Assembly (NCBI RefSeq): GCF_009914755.1
Contig: NC_060944.1
Source: the human T2T-CHM13v2.0 reference genome, Homo sapiens
Length of the DNA stretch: 64,000 bases
Reading direction: 5' to 3' (one strand)
In this document: piece after piece, positions 14,830 through 36,542 of the stretch
Position numbering within the stretch: position 1 is the first letter of the stretch
How the letters are laid out: each line of letters starts with the position of its first letter
Made by a program: the position numbers and the translations under genes
The notes under the pieces: generated by a model
The model's input: the letters and a program-made list of their open reading frames with translations, nothing else
Databases searched by the model: none
Told to the model about the DNA's origin: nothing

Positions 14830-15330
14830 CACAAATTATTTGCAATTCTTCACATTGCAAGATGGAGTCTAGGTTTCCTCCTCTTGGACCTGGGCTGGCC
14901 TGAGTGACTTGTTGGAGTAATAGAGCGTGATGGGAGCAAGCTTCCTGGATTTCCGAGCCTTGGTCATAAAGAAGCTTTGTGGTGTCCTTTGGGGCCTCTT
15001 GAACATTCTCTCTGGGAACCCAAGCTTCTAGAAGAGACCATCATGCTAAGAGAGTCCACATATGGCCATTCCAGTTGACAGTCCCACTGAGCCCAGGCTT
15101 CCACCATCCCTACGAAGACAGCAATCATGTTAGCGAAGCTGTGTTGGGCCATCCAGCCCAGCTGCCCACTGAAAACCAGGCTTTGGTCAATGCCATGTGG
15201 GACAGAAGAATTACCCAAGTAAGCCCAGCCCAAATTCCTGACCTATAGTATTGAGATATGTAATGAAATGGATGTTATTTTAAGCCATTGTGTTTTAGGG
15301 GGAGATTGTCACACAGCAGTAGGTAACAGG
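14830..15330 (+). mobile_element. Old MaLR LTR (MLT1 family)
   Basis: CTGGGCTGGCCTGAGTGACTTG..CAGCCCAAATTCCTGACC..TTTTAAGCCA..GTAACAG. Confidence 0.6.
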
Positions 15331-15794
15331 AATGCTTGCTTCTACCTGCCCCAGCCCTCCAGCCTCTGCACCTTAGTCACTTCCATCCTGACACCTGGAA
15401 AACCCTTTACCCAGATCCTAGACTATCAAAATTCTGCATTCCAAATGGGTCAGATCCAAAGGGCCAGGCTGCGTGATGCAGTTCTTCTGTTTGCCCCTGC
15501 AGGTGCACTCTCCACCCTTCTGCACGCTGCTCTGCTCCTCTGTGTCCGGCAGCCATGCTGCTGTGGGTGAGACCAATGGGCTCTCCTGCCCTCTGGCTCT
15601 GGTTGGGTTTTGTCAACAGGGAGCACCAGCAGGAGAACAGCAGATGAGAGGAGAGAGGTCAGGATATTCATTCCCCCTTTCCCTCGGTGCACAGTCACTG
15701 GGCTGACTGTGTCTCTCTACCAAGGCCACATCTCCTGTCAGTCCTCCTGGCCCACCTCTCCATACCCTCCCCATTCCAGATTCCCTCTTGCCTA

Positions 15795-16620
<826 letters not shown>

Positions 16621-16915
16621 TATGTAAATAACTCCCATATTAAACCCTCTTCAATTACTCAGTTTGAGTGTGGCACCTGGTTCCTGCCAGGACCCCGAGT
16701 GATACAGGCTGGTCTTGAGCTTCTTCATAGCAATACAGAGTGGACCAGTGACTACAGAAAGCTTGAGAGGGGCTGGAGAGAGATGCCTTCCCCAATATTC
16801 ATTATCCACACAGCACGCCACTCCTGTGAGAAGACAACAGAGATTGTGTATGTTTGAGAATGTCTCTCTACCTCCAATGTAGCCCTCCTGAAAAATCTAG
16901 TTCAAGATCTATTCC

Positions 16916-18684
<1,769 letters not shown>

Positions 18685-18812
18685 TTAAGCCTCTTTCTGA
18701 CCAGGAGAAGAAAATAAGAGAGCAAGATAGAAAGAGGCCTGAGTATAATCATAGAGACAACTTACCAAGGACCTGTTGCATGCCAGGCCCAGCACTGAGT
18801 CTTGTGCCAACA

Positions 18813-19180
18813 TTGTTTTAGTCCATTTTGTGCTGCTATAGCAGAATACCTGGAACTGGGTAATTTTTATGGAACAGAAATGTATTGGCTCATGGTTCTG
18901 GAGGCTGGAAAGTCCAATATCAAGGTGCTGGCATCATTCAAGGGCCTTCTTGCTGCATCATTCCATGGTAGAAGATGAGAGAGTCCGAGAGGGTAAGAGA
19001 GGGAGCAAGAGATTGATCTCACGGCCTCAAGCCTTTTTATACTCAGCATTAATCCACCCATGAGTGTGGAGCCCCCATGACCTAAACACCTCCCATGAGG
19101 CCCCACCTGCCAACACTGTTGCATTGGGGATTAAGTTTCTAACACACGCTTGTTGGGGAACCACATTCAAACCATAGCAA
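18813..19180 (-). mobile_element. MST/MLT1A-type MaLR LTR
   Basis: TGTTTTAGTCCATTTTGTGCTGCTATA..GGTTCTGGAGGCTGG..CATTCAAACCATAGCA. Confidence 0.75.
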
Positions 19181-20342
19181 ACATCATCTCAGATTATTCT
19201 TTTCATCCAGCCTATCTGGTGGGTGGGCCTCGTGTTATTGTGGGGTGGGGTCACATCTTGCCTGTGCCAGCTGGGGTAGGAGGCCTGGACATCCAATTGT
19301 CTCCCAGATTGATAACCAACCCACCCTTCTGTCTTCTGCCCTACCTGACACCACTTGGTCTTCAGAGATTTCTGGTCCCTCCAATCCCTGAGCCTGAGAT
19401 TCTGCAATTTGCTTTGTCCTAAAGGCTCCCCGTGAGCAGCCAGGTTTCAACTTCCTGGGTTTCTTGTCAGTCCCCACTCACCATCTGCCTTCCAGCTTCC
19501 GGAATTTGGTTGATTCTTCTCATCTGCTATTTTCTTCCTCATACGTTTTCTTTGTCCCAGTAGATAGATGTGCATTTAAAAAAAAAATCCCTGTGTCATT
19601 TTCTTGGAATTTCAGAGAACAATGGAGAGAAATAAGTGTGTTCAACCTGCCATGTTTAAACAGCAGTCTCCAGCCTCAGTTCTTGACTGGGGGAATCCTC
19701 AGCCCTCAGGAGGATTGTATGGTATCCCCATCCTCCCCCCATTCCTTCCTTATCCTGCTCCAGGAGTCCATGGGAGCCCTCGGCACACAGGACTCTCTTC
19801 CCCACTCTCTGAACCTGGGGCATAGTTCTGTCCTGCCTCCATAGCCCATACCTGCTTCTCAAGAGCAGGGGCCTTGTCTTCTTCTCTCTACTTCGACAGG
19901 TCTGGGCAGGCCTCAGGAAGATAGATATGAGCTCATGGTGTGGGTCATTCCTAAGAAGTCACTTTGGACTTTGAGGAGTTAAAATTCAAAGCTGGGGATG
20001 AGAGTCAGGCATTTCTAAATTAGAATATCAAGTGTATTCCCACTGTATTTACAATGGAGGCCAGCATCAACACTCAAGGTGAAAGCCTGATAGAGTCACA
20101 TTGGTCCTTGAAAACCTCTTAGGAAGATGCCAGGTGGAGACAGAGGCATCGTCCCTCACTGAATCTGATACAGCCAGCATTTTCTCCGGGGCTTCTTCCC
20201 CATGTCTTGAGTAAGTGCCTGCTGGAGATCCTGGTTTGGGTTGAGAAGCTGTGTTATGTAGACAAAGTGCATCTTCAGATCCTAGAATCTTCCTCAGTGG
20301 GTCATGAGCCTCATGTTGCTCATAGGAAAAGAGGCCAAGAAC

Positions 20343-20454
20343 TAGGGTGACCAACCATCCTGGTTTACCAGGTCTGAGTAGTTTATTGAAATACAGAGTT
20401 TTCAGTGCTAAAACCAAAACAGTCCCAGGGAAATTCCCAATTGTGGTCACCCTA
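20343..20454. mobile_element. MER81-like hAT MITE
   Basis: TIRs TAGGGTGACCA and TGGTCACCCTA, 112 bp. Confidence 0.75.
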
Positions 20455-20509
20455 CAGAACAACCGTAACAACAGGATTACCTCTCACACACCCTCCTGGA
20501 CATGTGCAT

Positions 20510-20940
20510 GTTACACAATTTGTCCACTTTCTGTTGCTGTCATAGAACCCATGGGACTGGGTAATTGACAAAGAAAAGGGGTTTGTTTTTTACAGTTCTG
20601 GAGGCTGGGAAGTCCAAGACAGGGTGGCTGGATCTGGTCAGCTTCTGGTGAGGGCCTCGTGCTGTGTTGTAACACAGCAGAATGCATCGTAGGGTGAGAG
20701 GAAGCAAGAGAAAGCCGAGGAAGCAAGAGAAAGCCGAGGAAGCCAAACTCACTTTTGTAATGAACTGCTCTCAATAACTCACCCACTTCTGTGAGAATTA
20801 ACCCACTCCTGTGAGAAAGGCATTAATCCCTCCTAATGACCTAATCCCCTCTTAAAGGCCCCACCTCCCAATACCATTACATTGGGGACCAAGTTTCTAC
20901 ATGCATTTTGGAGGAGACAAACCACATCCAAACCATAGCA
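20510..20940 (-). mobile_element. MST-type MaLR LTR
   Basis: GACTGGGTAATT..ACAGTTCTGGAGGCTGGGAAGTCCAAG..ATCCAAACCATAGCA. Confidence 0.75.
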
Positions 20941-20954
20941 CACACACAACATAA

Positions 20955-23655
<2,701 letters not shown>

Positions 23656-24459
23656 ATGAGGTTTCCCTGACTGAGTCTGGGAAGCTGGCATTCATTCGTT
23701 CTTTCACTCATTCATTCTGGCTGATCCCGAGCTCTGACAGTTCCTATCTGCATGACCCTGGCAGCTCACCTCAGCCCTGAGCCTAAGATTCTACTATGTA
23801 CCAGGCACTCTTCAGTCTACTTAGGATACAGAAGGAGCCAGGTAGTCATGACCTCCAGCCTCATGACGCAGATAATGGGGTGGGGGTAGGGGCAACTAGC
23901 TTATTCTGGAGGCTTCCTGTAAAAAACAACGCTTAAGTGGAGGTGGACAGAATCTCCCCATCACGCTGGGGAAAGGCAGAAATGGATTTAGCAAACTTAC
24001 TGTGAAAGTCACAGCTTAAGCCTTAGAGCCCCTCACTTGCCAGGGGCCTTCCAGGGGCCTGGGAGGGGCCAAGTAATGCACACTCAGGATCACATGCTTT
24101 AGTAGAATTTGCCAATGTAAGATGTTTTAACTGTAATTTATTAAGACTGCTGCCCCTCTCACTCCAACTTCCCTCTCTGTCATACTTCCCCTTCTTTTGG
24201 GTATTGCCCCAGTGCTTCTGGCATTTTGGGGGATCTAGCTAAGGAGAAGTTGTCACGGAATACTGACATTGATGAAAATAACAAAAGTCAAAATACACCA
24301 CTACAAAAAGGATGTAATAGAAAGCATCAATTCAAAAAAATTTTAAGATTAGTCATCAAGGAAACATAATAAGTCCGGAAATCTTACAGCTCCGATATGA
24401 AAGAAACTTGATAGAGGTTCTTCCAAATTTGACAACAATCCTAGAATTTTATGACCTTC

Positions 24460-24825
24460 CAGTAGTCCCCCCTTATCCTCGAGGGATACATTTCAAGACC
24501 CTCAGTGGGTGCCTGAAACCGTGGATAGTACGGAATCCTATTTAGACTATGTTTTTTTTGATCCAATAGCCAAGACAACTACTAAGTTGACGAATGGGCA
24601 GGTAGTGAAGATGCTGGACAAAGGGGCAATTCACACCCCTGGTGGGACAGGGTGGGGTAGAGTGGGGCAGCACCAAATTTCATTACGCTACTCGGAACAG
24701 CATGCAATGTAGAACTTAATGAATTGTTGATTTCTGGAATTTTTCATTTAATATTGTCAGACTGTGGTTGTCCATGGGCAACTGAAACCTCAGGAAGCAA
24801 AACCTTGCAGAAGAGGGGGCTACTG
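24460..24825 (-). mobile_element. MER44/Tigger7-like MITE
   Basis: TIRs CAGTAGTCCCCC and GGGGGCTACTG, followed by TA. Confidence 0.75.
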
Positions 24826-24861
24826 TACCAGTAATAAGTTGCAAAGCTGAAAGAAACTTTA

Positions 24862-25480
<619 letters not shown>

Positions 25481-26698
25481 TTAGTCAACTGTGCTAGAGA
25501 AAAGATTAAAGTATCTTCTTATTCTCTCTAAAGAAAATGACATTACAAAATCAATGTCACATGAAGAGGTTAACGTAAAAGTATACAAACACAATGTAGG
25601 AATGAAATAATTATAGATATGTATCATATTGATGAAAATATGAATGTAAATGTAAATTTTAATTTATGTAATTATGAACAAAAATGTAATGCTATTATGT
25701 AAATAAATATATTTATTATGTTACATGTAACTTAACATGTTTAATAACTTATTATGTTATGAACTGTTGCTGACTATGTGGCCACAACAGGGGAGGGAAT
25801 CTTGGGACCCTTATTCAGAGAGATCAAGACCAAATAAAGGACCTAATAAGTCATTTCCTTCAACCTGTCACCAGTGCAGGAATCCTCTTCCTGATGACAG
25901 CTGTCCACTGAGCCTCGGCTCTGTACATTTCCTGGGATGAGGAATTCACCCCTCCTCCAAATCCTGTACTATCTTGGGTCAAAACTCTGGTTGTGGGAAG
26001 TTCTTTAGTCAAGCTGATCACTAGCTGTCGGTGGTTTCCCCTTGGGTCCTCATCTTCCCCAGCACCCCCAGAAATCATGGGCTGCTGCTTCCCATTTTAT
26101 TATAGCTCTGCAGTGCTACAATGCAGCTCTAGTATCTTGCCCTGGCCTGGGATAACCTGCCCTTCTTCAAAGTTTCCTTTTATGTCTTGACTTCCAAAGT
26201 CTTCCTCATCCATGATCGCAGAGATTGATCAGCCACTCATACATATATGAGGACGACAATGATGATGATGATAATGAGAACAGCTAGCCAGCACTGAGTG
26301 CTTACTGTGTACTGGGCTCCGTGCTGGGTGCTGTATGAGCACCTGCTGTTGGTCTCATGCACACCTATTTATGTTGGTTTTGAGTAACTTGTGCAGGTAT
26401 ACCTTTGATTTAAAATTTTGGTTTCTATTTAGACTACGATAGGAATTTTTGTTTTGTTTAGCCTTCTCTCCTAAGCTTAATGAAACCACATATTCAGAAA
26501 GAAAGGACACATTTAATTAAAACATTTCAAAGACACACAGCTTAAAAGAGTGATTACCCTAGACCTCTTACAAACAAATATGCCCCTCCTCCAAAACTCT
26601 TCTTAATGTAAATTTCAGAGAGGAAAAGCCAAAAACAAAAACAAAATCGAGAATGTGTGTTAATTTATCTGGCTAAAACCTGATAAAAAGATTTTCTT

Positions 26699-27059
<361 letters not shown>

Positions 27060-27319
27060 TTAAGACTATAATTTTTAAAATAGAGCCTTTCTGCTTCTTC
27101 TATTTTGGATCTTGTTTTGGGGAATTTTTTTTCAGGTGACTGAAACCCCTCTTTTAATTATATGGTGAGTCCCTCTCTCTGTTCGCTTCCTTTCTTGTTG
27201 GTGTGATTTTTTGCTGAAGGAAAAAAAAAATGTAAAACTTAAGCAGCTTTCTGGAAAGCTTAAATTTATTCTCTGTGCTTTGAAATGTAAATTTCCTACC
27301 TTGTCTAAAATTCAGTGAG

Positions 27320-27760
<441 letters not shown>

Positions 27761-27785
27761 TATGTTATTTAATAAAATTAATTAA

Positions 27786-29854
<2,069 letters not shown>

Positions 29855-30000
29855 TCATATAGTATTAATAAGAGATAGCAAAAGATTTTTTTGTTTACCT
29901 TTTGAGTAAACTGCTGCTAAAAAAAAAAAAAAGGAGAAAAGAAACGGGGGAGAGGGAGAGACATTCTGTTGGTCTCAAGTTGTCTTTTTCAGGTCTTTTG

Positions 30001-30463
30001 TGTCAGGCCTCTGAGCCCAAGCTAAGCCGTCATATCCCCTGTGACCTGCATGTATACATCCAGATGGCCTGAAGCAACTGAAGATCCACAAAAGAAGTGA
30101 AAATAGCCTTAACTGATGACCTTTCACCATTGTGATTTGTTTCTGCCCCACCCTAACTGATCAATGTACTTTATAATCTCCCCCCACTTAAGAAAGTTCT
30201 TTGTAATCTCCCCCACCCTTAAGAAAGTTCTTTGTAATTCTCCCCACCCTTGAGAATGTACTTTGTGAGATCCACCCGCTGCCCACAAAACATTGCTCCT
30301 AACTCCACTGCCTATCCCAAAACCTGTAAGAACTAATGATAATCCCACCACCCTTTGCTGACTCTCTTTTCGGACTCAGCCCGCCTGCATCCAGGTGAAA
30401 TAAACAGCCTTGTTGCTCACACAAAGCCTGTTTGGTGGTCTCTTCACACAGATGCGTGTGACA
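30001..30463 (+). mobile_element. 5' LTR (LTR7 family, type II / LTR7B-like)
   Basis: TGTCAGGCCTCTGAGCCCAAG start, three ~32-bp U3 repeats (TGTAATCTCCCCCACCCTTAAGAA..), and AATAAA at 30399-30404. Confidence 0.9.
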
Positions 30464-30465
30464 TT

Positions 30466-30483
30466 TGGTGCTGAAGACCCGGG
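30466..30483 (+). other. Primer-binding site TGGTGCTGAAGACCCGGG (tRNA-Phe-like)
   Basis: Lies 2 nt after the 5' LTR. Closer to Phe TGGTGCCGAAACCCGGGA than to His TGGTGCCGTGACTCGGAT. Confidence 0.75.
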
Positions 30484-30999
30484 TCAGAGGGACTCCTTCG
30501 GGAGACCAGTCCCCTGTCCTCACCCTCACTCCGTGAAGAGATCCACTTACGACCTCGGGTCCTCAGATCAACCAGCCCAAGGAACATCTCACCAATTTCA
30601 AATTGGGTAAGTGGTCTTTTCACTCTCTTCTCCAGCCTCTCTTGCTACCCTTCAATCTCTCTGTCCTTCCAATTCCAGTTCTTTTTCCTCTCCAGTAGAG
30701 ACAAAGGAGACACATTTTATCCGTGAACCCAAAACTCCAGGGCCGGTCACAGACTCAGGAAGACAGTCTTCCCTTGCCATTTAATCACTGCGGGGACGCC
30801 TGCCTGATTATTCACCCACATTCCATTGGTGTCCGATCACCGCAGGGACGCCTGCTTTGGTCAATCACCCACATTCCCTTGGTGGCAAGTCAATTGCGGG
30901 GACGCCTGCTTTGGCTGCTCACCCACATTGCAGCCCAGGGCTGCTCCCCACCCCCTTCTCCATATCTCTACCCTTCTCTTTAAACTTGCCTCCTTCACT

Positions 31000-32608
31000 A
31001 TGGGCAAACTTCCACCCTCCATTCCTCCTTCTTCTCCCTTAGCCTATGTTCTCAAGAACTTAAAACCTCTTCAACTCTCACCTGACCTAAAATCTAAGCA
31101 TCTTATTTTCTTCTGCAACACCACTTGGCCCCAATACAAACTAACAATGGTTCTAAATGGCCAGAAAATGGCACTTTTCATTTCTCCGTCCTACAAGACC
31201 TAGATAATTTTTGTTGAAAAATGGGCAAATGGTCTGAGGTGTCTTACGTCCAGGCATTTTTCACACTTCGTTCCCTCCCTAGTCTCTGTTCCCAATGCGA
31301 CTCGTCCCAAATCCTCCTTCTTTCCCTCCCACCTGTCCCTTCAGTCCCAACCCCAAGCGTCGCTGAGTCTTGTGAATCTTCCTTTTCTACTGAACCATCT
31401 GACCTCTCACCTTCTTCCCAGACTGCTCCTCCTCAGCTCGCTCCCCGCCAGGCTGAATCAGCCTCCAACTCTTCTTCAGCCTCTGCTCCCACATCCTATA
31501 ACCCTTCTATTACCCGCCCTCCCCACACCCAGTCTGGTTTTCAGTTTCGTTCTGCGGCTAGCTCTCCCCCACCTGCCCAACAATTTCCTCTTAGAGAGGT
31601 GGCTGGAGCTGAAGGCATAGTCAGGGTACATGTGCCTTTTTCTCTATCAGACCTTTCCCAAATCAGCCAGCATTTAGGCTCTTTCTCATCAGACCCCACT
31701 AAATATATACAGGAATCCCGATATCTAACTCTGTCCTACAATTTAACCTGGAGTGACTGAAATGTCATCCTGACTTCTACCCTCTCCCCAGATGAACGGG
31801 AAAGAGTTTTTTCTCTAGCCCAATCTCACGCTGATAACCGCCGGCTTCATGAACCTGACCTCCAGGAAGGCAGTAGAGCAGTTCCCCGAGAGGACCCCCA
31901 ATGGAACTATCAGGCAGATTCCCCAGGTATGGCTAGGCGAGATTACATGGTTTCCTGCCTAGTTGAAGGGCTTAAAAAGGCAGCTTACAAAGCTGTTAAT
32001 TATGACAAACTTAGAGAAACTACCCAAGGTAAAGACGAAAACCCAGCCCAGTTCATGGCCCGCTCGGCAGCAACCCTTACACACTTTACCGCCCTAGACC
32101 CAGAGGGGCCAGAAGGCCGCCTTATTCTTAATATGCATTTTATCACCCAGCTCCTGACATTAGAAAAAAGCTTTAAAAATTGGAATCCGGCCCTCAAACC
32201 CCACAACACGAATTAATCAACCTCCCCTTCAAAGTGTACAATAATACAGAGGAGGTAGCCAGGCAGCAACGCATTTCTGAGTTACAGCTGCTCGCCTCCG
32301 CTGTAAGACAGCCCACAACCACGTCTCCAGCATACAAGAACTTCAGAACATCCAAGCCACAGCTCCCAGGGGCTCCTTCAAAACATCCTCGTGGACCTTG
32401 CTTCAAATGCTAAAAGCCTGGCCACTGGGCCTCAGAATGCCCGCAGCCCGGGATTCCTCCTAAGCCGTGCCCTGTCTGTGCGGGCCCCCGCTGGAGGTCG
32501 GACTGTCCGACTCACATCACTGCCACTCCTAAAGCCCCTGGAGCCCAAACCCTATGTTCCTTGGCCGACTCCTTCCCAGATCTCCTCGGCTTAGCAGCTG
32601 AAGACTGA
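31000..32608 (+). pseudogene. HERV-H gag remnant (stops/frameshifts)
   Basis: MGKLPPSIPPSSPLA start, RVHVPFSLSDL, MHR-like TQGKDENPAQF, and zinc knuckle CFKC*KPGHWASEC near 32400. Confidence 0.9.
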
Positions 32609-35600
32609 CGTAGCCCGATCGCCTCAGAAGCCTCCTGGACCATCACAGACGCTGAGCTTCGGGTAACTCTTAAAGTGGAGGGTAAGTCCATCCCGTTTAA
32701 TCGATATGGGGGCTACCCACTCCACATTATCTTCTTTTCAAGGGCCTGTTTCCCTCGCCCCCATAACTGTTGTGGGTATTGACGGCCAAGCTTCAAAACC
32801 CCTTAAAACTCCCCCACTCTGGTGCCAACTTGGACAACGTTCTTTTATGCACTCTTTTTCAGTTATCCCCACCTGCCCAGCTTCCTTATTAGGCTGAGAC
32901 ATTTTAACCAAATTATCTGCTTCCCTGATTATTCCTGTACTACAGCCACATCTCATTGCCCCCTTCTTCCCAACCCAAGGCCTCCTTTGCGTCTTCCTCT
33001 CATATCCCCCGACCTTAACCCACAAATATGGGACACCTCCACTCCCTCCCTGGCAACCAATCACATGCCCATTACTATCCCATTAAAACCTAATCACGCT
33101 TACCCCACTCAATGCCAGTATCACATCCCACAACAGGCTTTAAGGGGATTAAATCCTGTTATCACTTGCCTGCTACAGCATGGGCTTCTAAAACCTATAA
33201 ACTCTCCTTACAATTCTCCCATTTTACCTGTTCAAAAACCGGACAAGTCTTACAGGTTAGTTCAGGATCTGTGCCTTATCAACCAAATTGTTTTGCCTAT
33301 CCACCCTGTGGTGCCCAACCCGTACGCTCTTTTGTCCTCAATATCTTCCTCCACAACTCACTATTCCATTCTTGATCTTAAAGATGCTTTTTTTCACTAT
33401 TCTCCTACACCCCTTGTCCCAGCCTCTCTTTGCTTTTACCTGGACCGATCCTGACACCCATCAGTCCCAGCAGCTTACCTGGGCTGTACTGCCGCAAGGC
33501 TTCAGGGCCAGCCCTCATTACTTCAGCCAAGCTCTTTCTCATGATTTACTTTCTTTCCACCCCTCTGCTTCTTGCCTTATTCAATATATTGATGACCTTC
33601 TACTTTGTAGCCCCTCCTTTGAATCTTCTCAACAAGACACCCTCCTGCTCCTTCAACATTTATTCTCCAAGGGATATTGGGTATCCCTGTCCAAAGCTCA
33701 AATTTCTTCTCCATCCATTACCTACCTCAGCATAATTCTTCATAACAACACATGCGCTCTCCCTGCGGATCGTGTCCGACTGATCTCTCAAACCCCAGCC
33801 CCTTCTACAAAACAACAACTCCTTTACTTCCTGGGCATGGTTGGATACTATTGTCTTTGGATACCTGGTTTTGCCATCCTAACAAAACCATTGTATAAAC
33901 TCACAAAAGGAAACCTAGCTGACTCCATAGATTCTCAATCCTTTCCCCACTCCTCTTTCTGTTCCTTGAAGACAGTTTTAGAGACTGCTCCCACACTAGC
34001 TCTCCCTGGCTCATCTCAACGCTTTTCATTACACGCAGCCGAAGTGTAGGGCTGTGCAGTTGGAATTCGTACACAAGGACTGGGACCGCACCCTATAGCC
34101 TTTTTGTCCAAACAACTTGACCTTACTGTTTTAGGCTGGCTATCATGTCTCCATGCGGTGGCCGCTGCTGCCCTAATACTTTTGGAGGCCCTCAAAATCA
34201 CAAACTATGCTCAACTCACTCTCTACAGTTCTTATAACTTCCAAAATCTATTTTCTTCCTCACACCTGACACATATACTGTCTGCTCCCCGGCTCCTTCA
34301 GCTGTACTCACTCTTTGTTGAGTCTCCCACAGTTACCATTGTTCCTGGCCCGGACTTCAATCCAGCCTCCCATATTATTCCTGATACCACACGTGACCCC
34401 CATGACTGTATCTCTATGATACACCTGACATTCACTCTATTTCCCCACATTTCCTTCTTTCCTGTTTCTCACCCTGATCACACCTGGTATATTGATGGCA
34501 GTTCCACTAGGCCTAATCGCCACACACCAGCAAAGGCAGGCTATGCTATAGTATCTTCCACATCTATCATTGAGGCTACCACTCTGCCCACCTCCACTAC
34601 CTCTCAGCAAGCTGAACTCATTGCCTTAACTCGAGCCCTCACTCTTGCAAAGGAACTACGCACTACGCATCAATATTTATACTGACTCTAAATATGCCTT
34701 CCATATCCTGCACCACCATGGTGTTAAATGGGCTGAAAGAGGTTTCCTCACTACGCAAGGGTCCTCCATCATTATTGCCTCTTTAATAAAAACTCTTCTC
34801 AAGGCCGCTTTACTTCCAAAGGAAACTGGAGTCATACACTGCAAGGGCCACCAAAAGGCATCAGATCCCATCGTTCGGGGCAACGCTTATGCTGATAAGG
34901 TAGCTAAAGAAAGAGCTAGCATTCCAACTTCTGTCCCTCACAGACAGTTTTTCTCCTCCTCATGGGTCACTCCCACCTACTCTCCTGCTGAAACTTCCAC
35001 CTATCAATATCTTCCCACACAAGGCAAATGGTTCTTGGACCAAGAAAAATATCTCCTTCCAGCCTCACAGGCCCATTCTATTCTGTCATCATTTCATAAC
35101 CTCTTCCATGTAGGTTACAAGCCGCTAGCCCGACTCTTAGAACCTCTCATTTCCTTTCCATCATGGAAATCTATCCTCAAGGAAATCACTTCTCAGTGTT
35201 CCATCTGCTATTCTACTACTCCTCAGGGATTGTTCAGGCCCCCTCCCTTCCCTACACATCCAGCTTGGGGATTTGCCCCTGCCCAGGACTGGCAAATTGA
35301 CTTTACTCACATGTCCCGAGTCAGGAAACTAAAATACCTCTTGGTCTAGGTAGACACTTTCACTGGATGGGTAGAGGCCTTTCCCACAGGGTCTGAGAAG
35401 GCCATCATGGTCATTTCTTCCCTTCTGTCAGACATAATTCCTCAGTTTGGCCTTCCCACCTCTATACAGTCTGATAACGGATTGGCCTTTATTAGTCAAA
35501 TCACCCAAGCCGTTTCTCAGGCTCTTGGTATTCAGTAGAAACTTCATACCCCTTACCGTCCTCAATCTTCAGGAAAGATGGAACGGACTAATGGTCTTTT

Positions 35601-35640
35601 CAAGACACACCTCACCAAGCTCAGCCTCCAACTTAAAAAG
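32609..35640 (+). pseudogene. HERV-H pro-pol remnant (PR, RT, RNase H, truncated IN)
   Basis: Protease DMG at 32703-32711 (mutated DTG); YRLVQDL, LPQG and YIDD (33585-33596); RNase H WYIDGSS and YTDSKY; integrase WQIDFTHM. Confidence 0.93.
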
Positions 35641-35900
35641 GAGGACTCTGTCAAGGATACAGCCCAAAAACTCAACAACCAAGCAAGTAATTACGCTGAA
35701 CAGCCTTGGGCACTCTCTAATTGGATGTCCTGGGTCCTCCCACTTCTTAGTCCTTTAATACCTATTTCTCTCCTTTTATTCAGACCTTGTGTCTTTCATT
35801 TAGTTTCTCAATTCACACAAAACCGCATCCAGGCCATCACCAATAATTCTGTATGACAAATGCTCCTTCTAACAACCCCACAATACCACCCCTTACCCCA
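35640..35900 (+). pseudogene. HERV-H env TM C-terminal remnant
   Basis: WALSNWMSWVLPLLSPLIPISLLLFRPCVFHLVSQF resembles the TM anchor and cytoplasmic tail, fused directly to truncated IN. Confidence 0.75.
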
Positions 35901-36079
35901 AAATCTTTCTTCAGTTGAATCTCTCCCACTGTAGGTTCCCATGCTGCCCCAATCCCACTCGAAGCAGCCCTGAGAAACATTGCCCATTATCTCTCCATAC
36001 CAGCCCCAAAATTTTTCGCCACTCCAACACTTCACCACTATTTTGTTTTGCTTTTCTTATTAATATAAGAAGACAGGAA

Positions 36080-36542
36080 TGTCAGGCCTCTGAGCCCAAG
36101 CTAAGCCATCATATCCCCTGTGACCTGCCTGTATACATCCAGATGGCCTGAAGCAACTGAAGATCCACAAAAGAAGTGAAAATAGCCTTAACTGATGACT
36201 TTCCACCATTGTGATTTGTTTCTGCCCCACCCTAACTGATCAATGTATTTTATAATCTCCCCCACCCTTAAGAAGGTTCTTTGTAACCCCCCCACCCTTA
36301 AGAAGGTTCTTTGTAATTCTCCCCACCCTTGAGAATGTACTTTGTGAGATCCAACCCCTGCCTGCAAAACATTGCTCCTAACTCCACCGCCTATCCCAAA
36401 ACCTATAAGAACTAATAATAAACCCACCACCCTTTGCTGACTCTCTTTTCGGACTCAGCCCGCCTGCACCCAGGTGAAATAAACAGCTTTGTTGCTCACA
36501 CAAAGCCTGTTTGGTGGTCTCTTCACACAGACGCACGTGACA
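36080..36542 (+). mobile_element. 3' LTR (LTR7 family, type II / LTR7B-like)
   Basis: 463 bp, ~95% identical to the 5' LTR by eye; TATAAG at 36404-36409; AATAAA at 36478-36483. Confidence 0.9.

Larger units (their letters stand above)
30001..36542 (+). mobile_element. HERV-H provirus, env-deleted (6542 bp), TSD TTTTG
   Basis: Paired TG..CA LTRs, PBS, gag/pro/pol remnants, polypurine tract at 36067-36079, and TTTTG at 29996-30000 and 36543-36547. Confidence 0.97.

Noticed and set aside
25625-25765. AT-rich ATGTAA-type repeats
   Set aside because: Low-complexity sequence without a regular period.
30165-30935. Short direct-repeat arrays in LTR U3 and the leader (GGGACGCCTGC x3) resembling CRISPR-like repeats
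   Set aside because: Standard HERV-H LTR and leader repeats, with no unique-spacer architecture or cas genes in human DNA.
33288-35349. HERV-H pol ORFs as functional genes
   Set aside because: Fragmented by stops and frameshifts, the protease motif is mutated, and the starts are non-ATG.
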